Shown: positions 9,821 through 21,300, counted from the stretch's first letter. The stretch is DNA of 64,000 nt from a virus (IMGVR_UViG_3300035670_000017:850-64849); one strand, 5' to 3'. Notes: a model not told the origin generated them from the letters alone. Numbers and translations are program-made.

Positions 9821-11149
9821 ATGGCTTCTATTCGCGACTCTATCAAAAACAAAGGCAATGTTCAACCTGGCGTGGCCAAGATGCTGGACAAACATCAACA
9901 ACGTGAAAGTACCCGTGACCGCAATGAGTCGCGTCGTGGAAATGAAACGCGTCGCGCAAATGAGCAATCTCAACGTGGTCGCAATGACAACCGTCGCAAC
10001 GGAGTGTATCCCTATTTCAAGGACGGTATCGATCACATCAACATCTGGACTCGCGGAGAGACTCCCCTGGGCCGCGCATTGAGCATGGAAGCTCCGATGC
10101 ATATCGAAACACAATACGGCAAGTTCCGGAACATCTATGCACTGTGGGTGTTCTTGACAACCAAGGGTCACCCTGTGGACATCGCTTCGTGGGATGACAC
10201 CGAACTGCGCCGTTGGGTTCGGGCTCGTGTTGACATCGATCGCGAAGTGTCTTTGCCCAATACGGCATATGTCTGCATTCAGGAGCTGGCCAACTACATC
10301 ACTGCTAATAAGGAGTTGGTGAATTCTCTGATCCTTTCGGGTGACGCATTCTTCGATAGCTACATCAACCATGAAGCTCATGGTCCCTTCCCTCACCAGC
10401 ATCGCGATTGGTGGGTGGGTGGTATCAACTTGATCCGCGCTCAGCTGCAAGCTGGTCAAAAGGTCAACGTCTCGGCTTTCCTGGAAGACGAAGAGAATCC
10501 TTACCCCGTGATCGAAGCCAATCAGCTGCCACGCCTGGGTGAAATCGTGAAGGCTCCTTCTAGCAAGGAAAAACCAAAGGGTAAGACCAAAGCTAAGAAA
10601 GGTCCTATCACTCAGGAAGAGCGCGAGAAGATGCGTCAGGAGTGCCGCGTGGACCACGAGAAGTTCGTCGAATCGCTGAATACTCCAAATCCTGATCGGA
10701 CTATGTATTTCAGCACCGAACAAGAGCGCCGGGAAGTCATGATCAAACTGGTCCTCAATCCGAAGACTGAACTGTCCTCGGATATGGCGACAGAAGGCAC
10801 AGGTCTACCGTTGTTTGTCTGGCTGACTGAAGACGGTCAAGCTATCAAGATGGTGTCCACGTCGATGTTCGGTAATCCTTATCGCAAGGACGCCGGTCAA
10901 GTCGTGACTGTGAACGATATGGAGACCTTCTACAAGGAAGTTCGTGAGATGCTCTGCATCCCTGATGCAGTCCCTAACGAACTCATCCATTACTACGTTC
11001 TTCAGTCTCCTGAGCCCAAAAAGCCCGAGGAGCAATTGACAATTCGTCACGACGTCGTCAGCAATGAAAGCGATGTGACGCTCTTGCCGATCGCTGAACC
11101 AGCAAAAGCTTGGCTCTATCCTGATGACATTACTCCAGTCGCTGAGTAA
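9821..11149 (+). CDS. Hypothetical protein: Arg/Asn-rich N-terminus plus a degenerate NADAR-like (T4 gp30.3-like) domain
   Basis: DGIDHINIWTRGETPLGRALS...YGKF..I...W resembles the DGxDHINIYSKGxTxLGRxLSNF family. The domain call is inference. Confidence 0.55.
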   Translation: MASIRDSIKNKGNVQPGVAKMLDKHQQRESTRDRNESRRGNETRRANEQSQRGRNDNRRNGVYPYFKDGIDHINIWTRGETPLGRALSMEAPMHIETQYGKFRNIYALWVFLTTKGHPVDIASWDDTELRRWVRARVDIDREVSLPNTAYVCIQELANYITANKELVNSLILSGDAFFDSYINHEAHGPFPHQHRDWWVGGINLIRAQLQAGQKVNVSAFLEDEENPYPVIEANQLPRLGEIVKAPSSKEKPKGKTKAKKGPITQEEREKMRQECRVDHEKFVESLNTPNPDRTMYFSTEQERREVMIKLVLNPKTELSSDMATEGTGLPLFVWLTEDGQAIKMVSTSMFGNPYRKDAGQVVTVNDMETFYKEVREMLCIPDAVPNELIHYYVLQSPEPKKPEEQLTIRHDVVSNESDVTLLPIAEPAKAWLYPDDITPVAE

Positions 11150-11154
11150 TTGAT

Positions 11155-11208
11155 CCTCCCCCAGTACCCGAAAGGGTACTGGGGGAGATGATCTTTTATT
11201 TTTTTTTT
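11155..11208 (+). terminator. Rho-independent terminator
   Basis: CTCCCCCAGTACCC-GAAA-GGGTACTGGGGGAG followed by a long T tract. Confidence 0.9.
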
Positions 11209-11258
11209 GTCGAAAATGGTATGGTCTATCTATTTATAGAAAAGGAGGTAACAGTTAT

Positions 11259-12314
11259 ATGTTTCCAGCACAAAGATTTCAAAGCCTAAGCTCAGCCGAA
11301 AACATCGGTTTGGCTTCTTTGAAAGACATCAAAGGCTCGGCTGTATATAACACAGTCAGCAACAAACTAGAAGAAGTATCAACCGGTCTCAAAGACTTGG
11401 TTAGCTCACTAACAGGCGGTGCTACTCCGCCGCTGGATGAGATCCGTAGTAAAGTCGATGACGGTATTCGCGCAACCAAGGATGTTTTCAGTACCATGCA
11501 GGATATGACAAAGCTGTCTCCTGTTGATATTGAAAAAGCCGTAAGCGATATGCTGCCTGCTGATCCGGTACTACAAAACGCTTTTCGTCAGCTTTCCACT
11601 CAGTGTCGCGATAATGCACTAGGCACGGTTCCTGGGTTCCGAGGCTTCCAAGACAAACTCAATTGCGGTCAACCAGGTGACGGTCGTTGCTCCTCCTCGC
11701 AAGTATCTGGGTTTCTGGATAAGTTCACAGGGGGAGCTATTGGGTTTATCGCTAAGACTCTAACGAGCATGTTGCGTTCATTAACTGCTTTGGCAAACAT
11801 GGGATACACCGCTGGTCTGTGTAAGATCTTCGGTGCATTGGCCAGCGGTATGCCTGGTTCTGTGGTGCAAAAAGCAGCGGCTAGTACCATGGCTTTAGCA
11901 GCAGGTCGCGGAAACATGAATGCGATCTTTGATATCGCCTCGGGGATGGGGTCCTCTATTCCTTCTTTGGAGATACCATCATTGGTGGGTCGAGTCACAC
12001 AAGGCTTCAAGATACCCAGTAACTATGAATCCAAGGGTAGTAGCGATCTCTATGAGGCAACCATGGAAACCTATTCACTGATTGATCCCAATTACTCTAC
12101 CAGCTCTACTGGTCTGAAGACCATTAGTAAAATGGCTCCGAGTAATTACAACAGCGAATTTGGAAAAGTTAGCTCCTCGTATTTATCCTCGGGATTTAGC
12201 TCCGGTGGTTTGAACACAGTCGTTAGAAAAGATAACGATATGTTAGCCGCTGCTTACATCGGTAGCAAGTCCGTGGCTAAGGTCAATGACTCATTATCTA
12301 AATACGGGTTTTAA
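11259..12314 (+). CDS. Probable virion structural protein
   Basis: 351 aa, AGGAGG SD, Gly/Ala/Ser-rich; lies in the tail gene block. Confidence 0.6.
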   Translation: MFPAQRFQSLSSAENIGLASLKDIKGSAVYNTVSNKLEEVSTGLKDLVSSLTGGATPPLDEIRSKVDDGIRATKDVFSTMQDMTKLSPVDIEKAVSDMLPADPVLQNAFRQLSTQCRDNALGTVPGFRGFQDKLNCGQPGDGRCSSSQVSGFLDKFTGGAIGFIAKTLTSMLRSLTALANMGYTAGLCKIFGALASGMPGSVVQKAAASTMALAAGRGNMNAIFDIASGMGSSIPSLEIPSLVGRVTQGFKIPSNYESKGSSDLYEATMETYSLIDPNYSTSSTGLKTISKMAPSNYNSEFGKVSSSYLSSGFSSGGLNTVVRKDNDMLAAAYIGSKSVAKVNDSLSKYGF

Positions 12315-12321
12315 TTATAAA

Positions 12322-12364
12322 CACTAATGCACATAGACCCGATAAGGGTCTATGTGCATTAGTG
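12322..12364. terminator. Bidirectional hairpin terminator
   Basis: 19-bp perfect stem CACTAATGCACATAGACCC/GGGTCTATGTGCATTAGTG between convergent genes. Confidence 0.85.
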
Positions 12365-13036
12365 TCATACATATGACTCAATTAAAACTCTTCGGACAGC
12401 TCGCACTGGTCTAGCGGTTGTCTTAAGACTAGTTCCAGGGACTCCTGTGGAAAATGCCTGCATCCAATTCAGTGCTACTGCGTTCTGACTAGAGGCATGA
12501 TGATAATTTGTATTGAATGCTTCCGATCCTCCTGATATGAAAGGAGATTCGGATGTCTGAGCCGGTGAGGTAGATGTATAAGCTTCTCCAACTGGAATAC
12601 TGGAGGGATTATAACCTCTGGCTCCATATGGGCCACCTGATGGTCCTACCGAGTTAGCGGTCGTCGTTGGCTTAAAAACACGATAGCACATCTCCAATTC
12701 ATCCACAGACGGAAGGTACCAATCTGTGTAACCACTGATGTTCAAAGACTGACAGTATTTGGCAGCGGGATGCAGATCCGCGCCAGCAGTGATCATGGCC
12801 TGGGTGTTACTCCAGCCATCATTTAAGCTTCCAGTATTAGGAGTATCAGTGTCACTGGTCTTCCATTTAAGACTAATAGTTGACTCCCCCTCTGCTTTAG
12901 GAGCCAGCACAAGTGCGTAAGTATCAACACCGACTTTAATCTTTCCTACGTAATAACCGCCTTTATAAATTACACCAGGTGTCTCAGGTAAGACATCTTT
13001 AGTAATACTCGTTTGATTCAGTAATGCTTCTAACAT
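12365..13036 (-). CDS. DUF1566-like domain protein (possible tail-fibre/accessory virion protein)
   Basis: Motifs NDGWSNT, HPAAKYC, GYTDWYLPSVDEL and the terminal VRAVRRV; N-terminal MLEALL. Confidence 0.75.
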   Translation of the reverse strand: MLEALLNQTSITKDVLPETPGVIYKGGYYVGKIKVGVDTYALVLAPKAEGESTISLKWKTSDTDTPNTGSLNDGWSNTQAMITAGADLHPAAKYCQSLNISGYTDWYLPSVDELEMCYRVFKPTTTANSVGPSGGPYGARGYNPSSIPVGEAYTSTSPAQTSESPFISGGSEAFNTNYHHASSQNAVALNWMQAFSTGVPGTSLKTTARPVRAVRRVLIESYV

Positions 13037-13063
13037 ATCTTTCCCTTCATAAAAGTAACAACC

Positions 13064-13145
13064 ATAGGATGGCTCCTATACTTGCGGCTTTACGCCGCAA
13101 GTATAGGATGGCTCCTATACTTGCGGCTTTACGCCGCAAGTATAG
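13064..13145. repeat. Exact 39-bp tandem duplication containing a terminator-like hairpin
   Basis: ATAGGATGGCTCCTATACTTGCGGCTTTACGCCGCAAGT twice, then ATAG. Confidence 0.95.
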
Positions 13146-13150
13146 TGTGA

Positions 13151-15241
13151 TTATTGTCGTCCGTAAGAGGTCTCTGCTCCCCGTACAACAGCTTCAAGTA
13201 CATTACCTGCCCCGAGGGTCAAGTATTGCATCACGCCCTGTGTAGAGGAGTTATAAGTGGCACTAGCCCAGAATGCAGGAGAAGTCCACTTACCCACATT
13301 CATTGCCAACTTAGCCAAACGCAAACGCGCAGCGGCCATCGGGTAGATCTGGGTGTAAATATCCTGGGATGCCAAAGTCGCCAGATAGTCAGACAAGATG
13401 TTGTCTTCGTCCATGGTGATATCCACATCCCCAAATGTACCGCTGGAGACAGGCATATGCATCACAGAAGAAAGATCAGCTACGGTAAAGGAGACCTCGA
13501 AGGCCAATGGGTTGCCACGAGAGTCAAACCCAATGTTCGATCCAGCACCTGCAGTAATACTCAGAGACTTGATCATCCCTAAGCGAATCTGAGCGCGGCC
13601 TTTGTCGAAGATCTGGCACAAGAACGGAGCTGTATATGCCTGCTTACCAATCGAGCGAGGTAAGGCACCCGCCATGATCATGCATAGAGGAATATACAGA
13701 TTCAACATTCGGGACATCGGCGTATTGTAAGTCGCCATCAAAGTCATGGTGTAGGTGGTCTCAGGTAGTTGGACACCCGAATTCATCCAGTGATCTGGGA
13801 TATCCACAAAACCATCACCCATGATACCCTTGAGGAAAGCACCCATGTCCATGGTTACACCAGCGAGCAAACCAGAGGCTGCATCCATCAGACTGTCTTG
13901 AATGTCTTTGACCAAGCCACCGATGATGTTACCCTCAGCCAAAGCGAAGCGTGCTTCGCGCACAGTTGCGGAAGTGCTATTGAGCTTTTGTGCCAATTGA
14001 GACTGACCTGTCTGGTTAGAGAAACTAGTAGTCACAGGACCCGTGTAGTCTACGTTGAATGTAGCGAACTGGGAACCCATACGGAATTCAGCATCGAAGT
14101 ACCTGGCGTAATCTTCGAGCCACGAGGGCTGAGTCTGTTGTCCCGTGGCTGGATCGATACGTGGGTCCATCGAGGTGACCTGAGAGTCAGTCGATTCCGC
14201 CTTGTACAGATTTGAAAGTTTCAGTGTTTCATCGATCAAATCAGCTAGTTTAAATTTACCGCCTTTATCCATTACTTTATGCGATCGAGTTCCGTCACCG
14301 GACATCTCCCGCATCAAAGTACCAGTAAAGTCAGTCGGAGACCCAGCATCCAAGCTATTGAATTCCTGTGTATGGATCTGGTTAGCTAAGCGCTGCGCTC
14401 GGTTAGCGATGGAGTGGATATCGAAGTAGTTCTCTTCGCCGAATACATCAGGAATGATCTTGCTCAAAGAGCTAAGATAGGCTTGGTCAATCGTGAAAGG
14501 GCGACCCAGCTTTTGCGTATCGTCCTTATTCATATTAGTGATCTTCGGAAAGATACCCAAATTGATAGCCAGTGTGTTGACCAATGTATTCACTGTCGAC
14601 CAATACAGATGCATAGTCGGGCGCATGGTGTAGAACTTACTAGTCGAGCGGTTAAAGAAGAATCCAATTACACGCCCAGACAAAATTGTAATAGCGATCG
14701 CTGGTGCCGTAGTGACAGCTAAGTAAGTGCCGACATATTTCGCGGCATCGTAGAAAACACTAGGCATGCGACCTGTACGGGCCAGTGTTGACTGAGCTGG
14801 GTCAAAAGCTCTCAAGAAATAATTCAGCAAAGAGTTGAACTGAGGTACACCAAAACGCATATAGATCATCTGTTTGGTGTCGTCGATCGCTTCGCTGTAA
14901 TACGGACCCCATCCATAGTTGCCGCTTGTGTCAGAGGGAGAAGGTATGCGTCGCCCTTCTAGTCGCCCGGGAATAGGGAAGTCACAGTACGGTGTGTATT
15001 GTGGTGGATTGTTGATACCGAAGTTACCGCCGATTCGAGAATCAGTGAATTTAGCCGAAGCAGTACTCCAGTATCGGTTGGCTTTGTCGTAGGGATTACT
15101 CAACTCAGCGTCAGTAATCATGAAAGAAGTACGAACCCAAGACTCATCCAAGAGGTCATAGGGATTGTACGGATTATCAGCAGCTGTCTCTGGAGAGATA
15201 GCTTTTCCGTTGATAACGGACTCACGGTAAGAAGAAGACAT
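13151..15241 (-). CDS. Virion tail/baseplate protein (phiKZ gp182-like position)
   Basis: About 696 aa immediately downstream of the tape measure; AAGGAAATCAAAA before ATG 15241; C-terminal IRLGMIKSLSITAG..FEVSFTVADL tail-type segment. Confidence 0.75.
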   Translation of the reverse strand: MSSSYRESVINGKAISPETAADNPYNPYDLLDESWVRTSFMITDAELSNPYDKANRYWSTASAKFTDSRIGGNFGINNPPQYTPYCDFPIPGRLEGRRIPSPSDTSGNYGWGPYYSEAIDDTKQMIYMRFGVPQFNSLLNYFLRAFDPAQSTLARTGRMPSVFYDAAKYVGTYLAVTTAPAIAITILSGRVIGFFFNRSTSKFYTMRPTMHLYWSTVNTLVNTLAINLGIFPKITNMNKDDTQKLGRPFTIDQAYLSSLSKIIPDVFGEENYFDIHSIANRAQRLANQIHTQEFNSLDAGSPTDFTGTLMREMSGDGTRSHKVMDKGGKFKLADLIDETLKLSNLYKAESTDSQVTSMDPRIDPATGQQTQPSWLEDYARYFDAEFRMGSQFATFNVDYTGPVTTSFSNQTGQSQLAQKLNSTSATVREARFALAEGNIIGGLVKDIQDSLMDAASGLLAGVTMDMGAFLKGIMGDGFVDIPDHWMNSGVQLPETTYTMTLMATYNTPMSRMLNLYIPLCMIMAGALPRSIGKQAYTAPFLCQIFDKGRAQIRLGMIKSLSITAGAGSNIGFDSRGNPLAFEVSFTVADLSSVMHMPVSSGTFGDVDITMDEDNILSDYLATLASQDIYTQIYPMAAARLRLAKLAMNVGKWTSPAFWASATYNSSTQGVMQYLTLGAGNVLEAVVRGAETSYGRQ

Positions 15242-15265
15242 TTTTGATTTCCTTAAACAACGAAA

Positions 15266-15300
15266 GATATAGCTTGTCCCTTGACGGGACAAGCTATATC
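15266..15300 (-). terminator. Hairpin terminator after the tape measure
   Basis: 15-bp perfect stem GATATAGCTTGTCCC/GGGACAAGCTATATC. Confidence 0.75.
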
Positions 15301-15312
15301 TGCGTGTGTTAC

Positions 15313-18300
15313 TTACAGCACACGCCGATTATCAAAGGATGACGTATCGGCTTTGCGCGTTGGGTTACTGTTAGCGAAATTCCTCACGCTAGGTCCAGAG
15401 CTACCGCTACCGGAACCTTGCTCAGGAGACTTCATACCAGCCAGTCCCTGCGTATTTTCAGCGATGCGCTCCAGCAATGGAACGACCTTCTCAGTGATAC
15501 TAGTATCCATCGACGACAGATGCTTGATCTGATCCTCAGCAGATTTAGTAAACCGATCCAGTACTTGCGCAGTCAGCTGAATAGATGTATCCCGTGCCCC
15601 GTTGGTCGCGTAGCCTGGAGCACCAGGCACTGCTGCGGGAACCATGCTCCTAGCGGGTCGCACAGCAGTTGCGGTGTCGCCACTAGAAGTCAGCATAGCT
15701 ACAGGATTGTAGTCAGGTAGATCGTATCCAGCGATAGACTTTGGATCATACGTCTTAGGTGCAGTGGGGTTATAGGAAGCCTTCGAGAGTCCTCCGCCCA
15801 TGATCGAACCACTAGCAGCTGTCGCTGCGGGTGTATCCGAACCTCCACCCATGGCGATACCAAATTCATTAGCTTTCTTCGATACGCGTTTAGCCATGAA
15901 CTCCTTGACTTCTTGGACTGTTCGTGGTCGCGAACCATCGAAGAATATCTCGCGATTCTTTTCAGCTTGCTTAGGTGACAAGCGATAAGCCAAGTCTCCA
16001 GGGTTGGCGCTATTGAGACGATTAGCACCGCCTGCGCCCAGCAAATGCGTCATGTACCTGCTGGTAAAGTCTGCCCCACCCTTGTTACTCTTCATGTATT
16101 CATGGGCCAAGATGACGTTAGCACGAATATCGTCACGAGGAGTATTCGCATCCAATCCATACTTACCGCCGTGTTTACCGATTTGCTCTTTCCATGTGCC
16201 ATCGATGAAACCCATCAGACCGGTAGCTGAGGTCCCATTAGCCTTAGCCTTTGGATTCAAGCTACTTTCCATGGCAGCCAAAAGCATCATGTCATTGGGA
16301 TTGGCTCCGATCTCAGCTGAGACCCGTGCAATCTCTTTCTTGATGTCCTGGTGAGGACCGGATCCCAAAGATGCAGAGGCATCATTGTTACCAGAGAACT
16401 CCACATTACCGCCACTGGAGCGACCCATGGAAGAGAAGCCCTTGGAAGCACTTTCCTGGACAGCCTTAGCAGGGATAAGATCCTTGCCTTGAACCACAGG
16501 GGAGTTTAAGTTACTAGCAGGAGAAGGAGGAACACCTTGTGCATCCGACAACTTGACAACAGTTCCACCGGACTGTTCGTACAGAGCTTTCGCCAATGCA
16601 GGATTGCGTCCTCCCACAGGAGAGCGAGGAGTAGCGCCTGCTCCACCGCCACCTCGACCGAGAGACGCCAAAATGGCACTGTCGGCAAAGTTAGGATCAC
16701 GCTTGGCCTGGTCGATGGCTGTCTGAATGCCAGCTGGTTCAATGTGCCAGGTCTCACCGTAAATAGGACGTGTAAATCCATACTTACGCAACAGGCCCAG
16801 CTTCTCCAATTCGTTCAAGTCTTGAGTCGACAAGTCCGCAGCCAAACCGTATTCATGCAAAGATCCACCGGGACGAGCAGCGCGACCTGGGCCGTACTTA
16901 GCATACATTCTCTGTTGATCTTGGAACGAACGATAGGCGGACGTCACGTTCAATTGCTTGCCAGTAGCTTCGCCATATTCCTGAGCCATAGCGAGCAACT
17001 GTTGCTTCATGCGAGGATGCAGACCCTCGACATTCACACCGTTACCCAGCTTCAGATACTGCATACCACTTTCACCGGAAGCCAGTGGTCCATCAGCTAT
17101 CTTCAAGGAAGCAGCTCCCATGCTCAATGTCCCAGCGCCTTGATTGCTAGAAGGTTTACCCAATGCCGCTGGATCCTCTACATCACCATTGGCGATCGCT
17201 CGACCCAAATGAGAGTTGGGAGGAATGGCTCGGCGCTGAGGCGCCGTCATTGGGGCTTGAGTAGGATTGTTAACATCCGTCTTAGGTGCATTAGGAATAG
17301 CGCTCTTGACAGCTTCATTTGCCATCTTAGCTTCCTGAGGCGATGGCTTATTACCGCCAGCTTTAGCTTTCTTCGCTGCTTCGTCTTGGATCTTCTTACC
17401 AAGGGTTTGAATCTTAGCGTCAATGATCTTCTTGACTGGTTCAGGATTAGAGCTGAGAATATCCAAGCCCTTGAATGGACTTGTAGTATTTTCCCAGATG
17501 CTGCGAGGAATCTCAATCCCCGACAGATACTCCAGTTTCTCCGAATCAGTCAACGAATCGACCTTCTCCAAGGAAGCCTTGTTATTGACACGATACAATG
17601 CGGCGACGTGTTTTAGGAACACAGGCGAGAAACGATCCGTATACCACTTCGAGAACTTCGATGCAGTTTCAGTATCATCCGCAGCTATATCAAACAGCTC
17701 CGCAATCTCTTCAGGTTTAGCTGCGCGGCTATTGATAGTAGGGATACCGCCATTGAAAGCCAACTTACCATCGAGCAGATACTTCTCCAAGGCGATGACC
17801 TTGCTGTTGTATTGCTTCGTGGCATCGGTACCGTCTAGACCGTACTGCATCACACGGATGCGTTCCCATTCATCGATGTTATTGCGAGTCAGGTATTTAT
17901 AGAGCTTATAGCCACCATAACCGACACCAGCGATTGCTGCTGCACCGATTACGACAGGTGCACTCAAAGCGCTACCAATCAAAGAAGCTGCCCCAGAGAG
18001 CATACCTCCTGCTCCACCAGCAGCCAAGCCTACTACCTGTAGTGCTCTCACTGCGGTAGTACCCACCCGAGCAACGCCTGCTGCTCCTGGAAGCGTACCA
18101 GCCACACCCTTAATAGCGCTACCCACTCCAGCTACCGCAGTACCGACTCCAAGTATTCCTCGACCAGCCCACATAGCACCTTGACCTAATGCTTTTACAC
18201 CTGACCAGATACCCTTACCAGCTTTACTGATAAGTTTACCCGGACGACGAATACCGCCGAGTAGATCAGCCGCTCCACCGATCAAGCTGCTTGCCATTCC

Positions 18301-21300
18301 GGCAATGGAGCTAAGACCAGCAGTTGCCATGGCGATCATCTTCTCGATGGCATTATCAGCGGGAGAGTTACGAGAAGCCTTTTGCTCTGCTCCCTTCATG
18401 GAAGCTTCAACTGCGGCTTTCTTTCGCTCCTCATTAGCCATTTGGTTAGCTTGCGCGTTTTGCATGCGGTCAGCCGTACCACCGTCACGCTGCCCATCGC
18501 CGTCCGAGTCACCGAACATACCACGAATACGTTTGTAAGCGTTAGATGCTTTATTGCCGCCTAACTGAAGCAAGCGCATAGCGTGATCACGAGCGCTATA
18601 GGTATTAGCGCCTTGGTCAGCAGCACGCTCTTCGCGTTGCTGATTAGGATCCGCATTGGGGTTACTGAAGAAAGCGCTCAGCATATTAGCTGCGCCACCT
18701 ACTGCAGAACCAATAGCTCCGAGACCGGTACTCGCCATTGTGCCCAAACGGGAACCGCGCAAACGACCACCCCAACGTCCAAGGCGACCTCGGGCTCCAG
18801 GGAAGCGTTGACTGAACGCACCTCCTAGGGAACTAGCAGCTTGCTTACCTGCTCCGAACAATCCTCCTAGTGCGCCTACGATACCACCCATCCCGTTATT
18901 ACCCATGTAGTTACGTACTTGAGCTGGTTGCTGTGGTCCGACCATTTCAGGAGCAGGACCAAACATCTCGGGACCCATCTGAGCCATTGCATTTTGAGCA
19001 CCGCCGATGCCCTTGATCTTTTCAAACCAAGACTTCACTGATGCACCATAGAGCGGAGCGTTCATGAATGCACGAGCATTACGAACCCGACCATAGATGT
19101 TATCAAGGATCTCTTTAGGCTTATCAGCGGCGGCCAAATCACGCAGCTGCGTCAACAGCGATGCATTGACCTTATCGGGATTTTCCTCGATAGAGTCTGC
19201 GCCACTTGACGAAGGCGGCTTGTAGCTCGTTGTGGTGTCTGAATCAGTAATCGAACGACCCATGATCTCTTTGACCTTCTTGCCGGATTTACCGACAGCC
19301 AATAAGTCACGGATCTGGATCAAGATAGGCACCACACGAGGATCGGTTCCACCAATGCCAAAGCGGAAGTCACTGAACTTGTCGATCACTCGGTTCTTGA
19401 TACCCGTGGCCTTGTCACGAGCAGTACCCCACATCTTTTCAAGATTGGCGCTTTGAAGTTTATCACGTACATTGTTGTACATCCCCATTGCACCAGCAGC
19501 CAGATAGGAACCCGCAGCCTTCGCGGCGCCTAATGCATTCTGAGTGAATGTCTTGAGTACAGTTCCAGCGCGAGTCTTCAGTCCCTGAGCACGATCAGTG
19601 ATACTGAGTTTGACTCGATTCATCCCGTCAACGATATCACCCTTAGCACGCGCCACGTCGTCCATGGTCTTCAGGGCTTTACCTGTTGCTGAATCGAAGT
19701 AGTAACCAGCGGCTAGCAAAGAGCCAACAATCACCGGGCTTTCCATGCCTTCGATATACAAGTCATCCACAGTCTGGAAAATGTTCTTAACACTATCCAT
19801 GGCTGAGTCAAACGCACGCTTACCCATACCACCCAACTTAGGCATCTGGTTAAAGACGATATCGCTTCCGAACTCAATCGAACGAGATACAGCCTTCATA
19901 GTAGCTTGCAGGATATTATCCCGAGCATCCTTGATACCTTCTTTGTTGTTGGTCCAGAAGTTACTCATGGCCTGACCGGTTGCCTTAGCGGCTGACCCAG
20001 CACCTTTACCGAAAGACTTACCCCCCGCGATCGTAGTGTCGATCAAAGAAGTCAGCAGCGAGCCAAACGCAGCGCCGACACTGGTTGCCCCGGACATGAC
20101 AAACTGCTTGCCTTTGCTAGCGCCAGCAGCCAATCCGGACAGATCGACGTTACCGAACCCTGAGCCTTGCCCGGAAGCAATCAACTCAAGGATCTTTTTG
20201 GTATTCTCGTCAATGTTACGCAAGTGTTCAGTACCTGCCCCAGCACCCATTGATTCAACCATGTCCGCCAGCTTCTTGACAGCTGCCATGACGTGTCCGT
20301 TGAGATTAATCAAGTCAATCGTCTTGCCGCCAGGCGCAGCGTCGTCTCCGAAGTTTGCACGAACGTCTTGGGCCATAGGTCCAGTGTAATTCTGGCGCCC
20401 ATAACCCTGAGGACCTGCGTATTTAGTTCCTGGTTTGTAATCCCAGTCATAAATCTGCGTCTTCTTGAAAGCGTTTACAGACTTAGTAGGATCGATCTTA
20501 GACTTGGAGATGTTGTGCTTCAAGTTAATGTCAGACGCCACGGTGACGCTGTCATCAAAGAACTTGTAGTACTGGTCTTCGTTGACCTTCCAGTTACCAT
20601 CCTTGTCGCGGGTAATGATACCTTGCTGCTCAAGCAAGGGACCATAGCCTTCCCGGATAGCTTCCTGGATAGGGCCCATCAAGTTACCGATGCTGGACTT
20701 GACTTTAGCTGAGTTCGTGGCGAATTGGAATTGGTTCTTAGCAGTCTCCAAGGAGTCACCACTGAAGCGCTTATCCAAGATTCGCTCCACAATCTTCTTG
20801 ACCCGAGGATTGAGAGATTGGAACTCTTTAGTCTTTTTGAGTCGATCGCCAGTGAAGTCGAAGTCCTCATTGGAGCGAGAGAGTTTGTTGATGAACATCT
20901 GCACTTCACGAGCATCTGTCGCATCTAGCTTTTCAGAACCCACAAACGTATTGTAAGCTTCGCGTGATTCGTCGTTGTATGTCTTCATACCAGGCGCAGC
21001 TTCGCTGGCTGAACGCTTCAGACCAGAGACGATGTCACGAGCCAAGCTCGACTGGGTCTTGAATGATTCACTCTTGACGTCGTACATCAAAAGAGGAGTC
21101 TTATCGTCACCAGTACGCAATGCTGTCACTTCACGCAGAATGCGAGCCAGATAACCAGGAATGATTTCTGTCAAGCTGCGATTGACCTTCATCTGGGTAT
21201 GGAGTTTATTCTCACCCTCTTTACCGATAGAAGTGCTTCGGATCAACATGTCCGGCTTTTCACCAGCTAGCAAATCAAAGATGAATCCCAGGCCGTTTTG

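Noticed and set aside
9797-10723. Long antisense ORFs (also 22643..23521, 38559..39194, 45354..46235, 48559..49473, 59862..60854)
   Set aside because: All mirror well-supported genes on the opposite strand and read as shadow frames.
13064-13145. 39-bp repeat as a mini CRISPR array
   Set aside because: The copies are directly adjacent with no spacer, and there are no cas genes.
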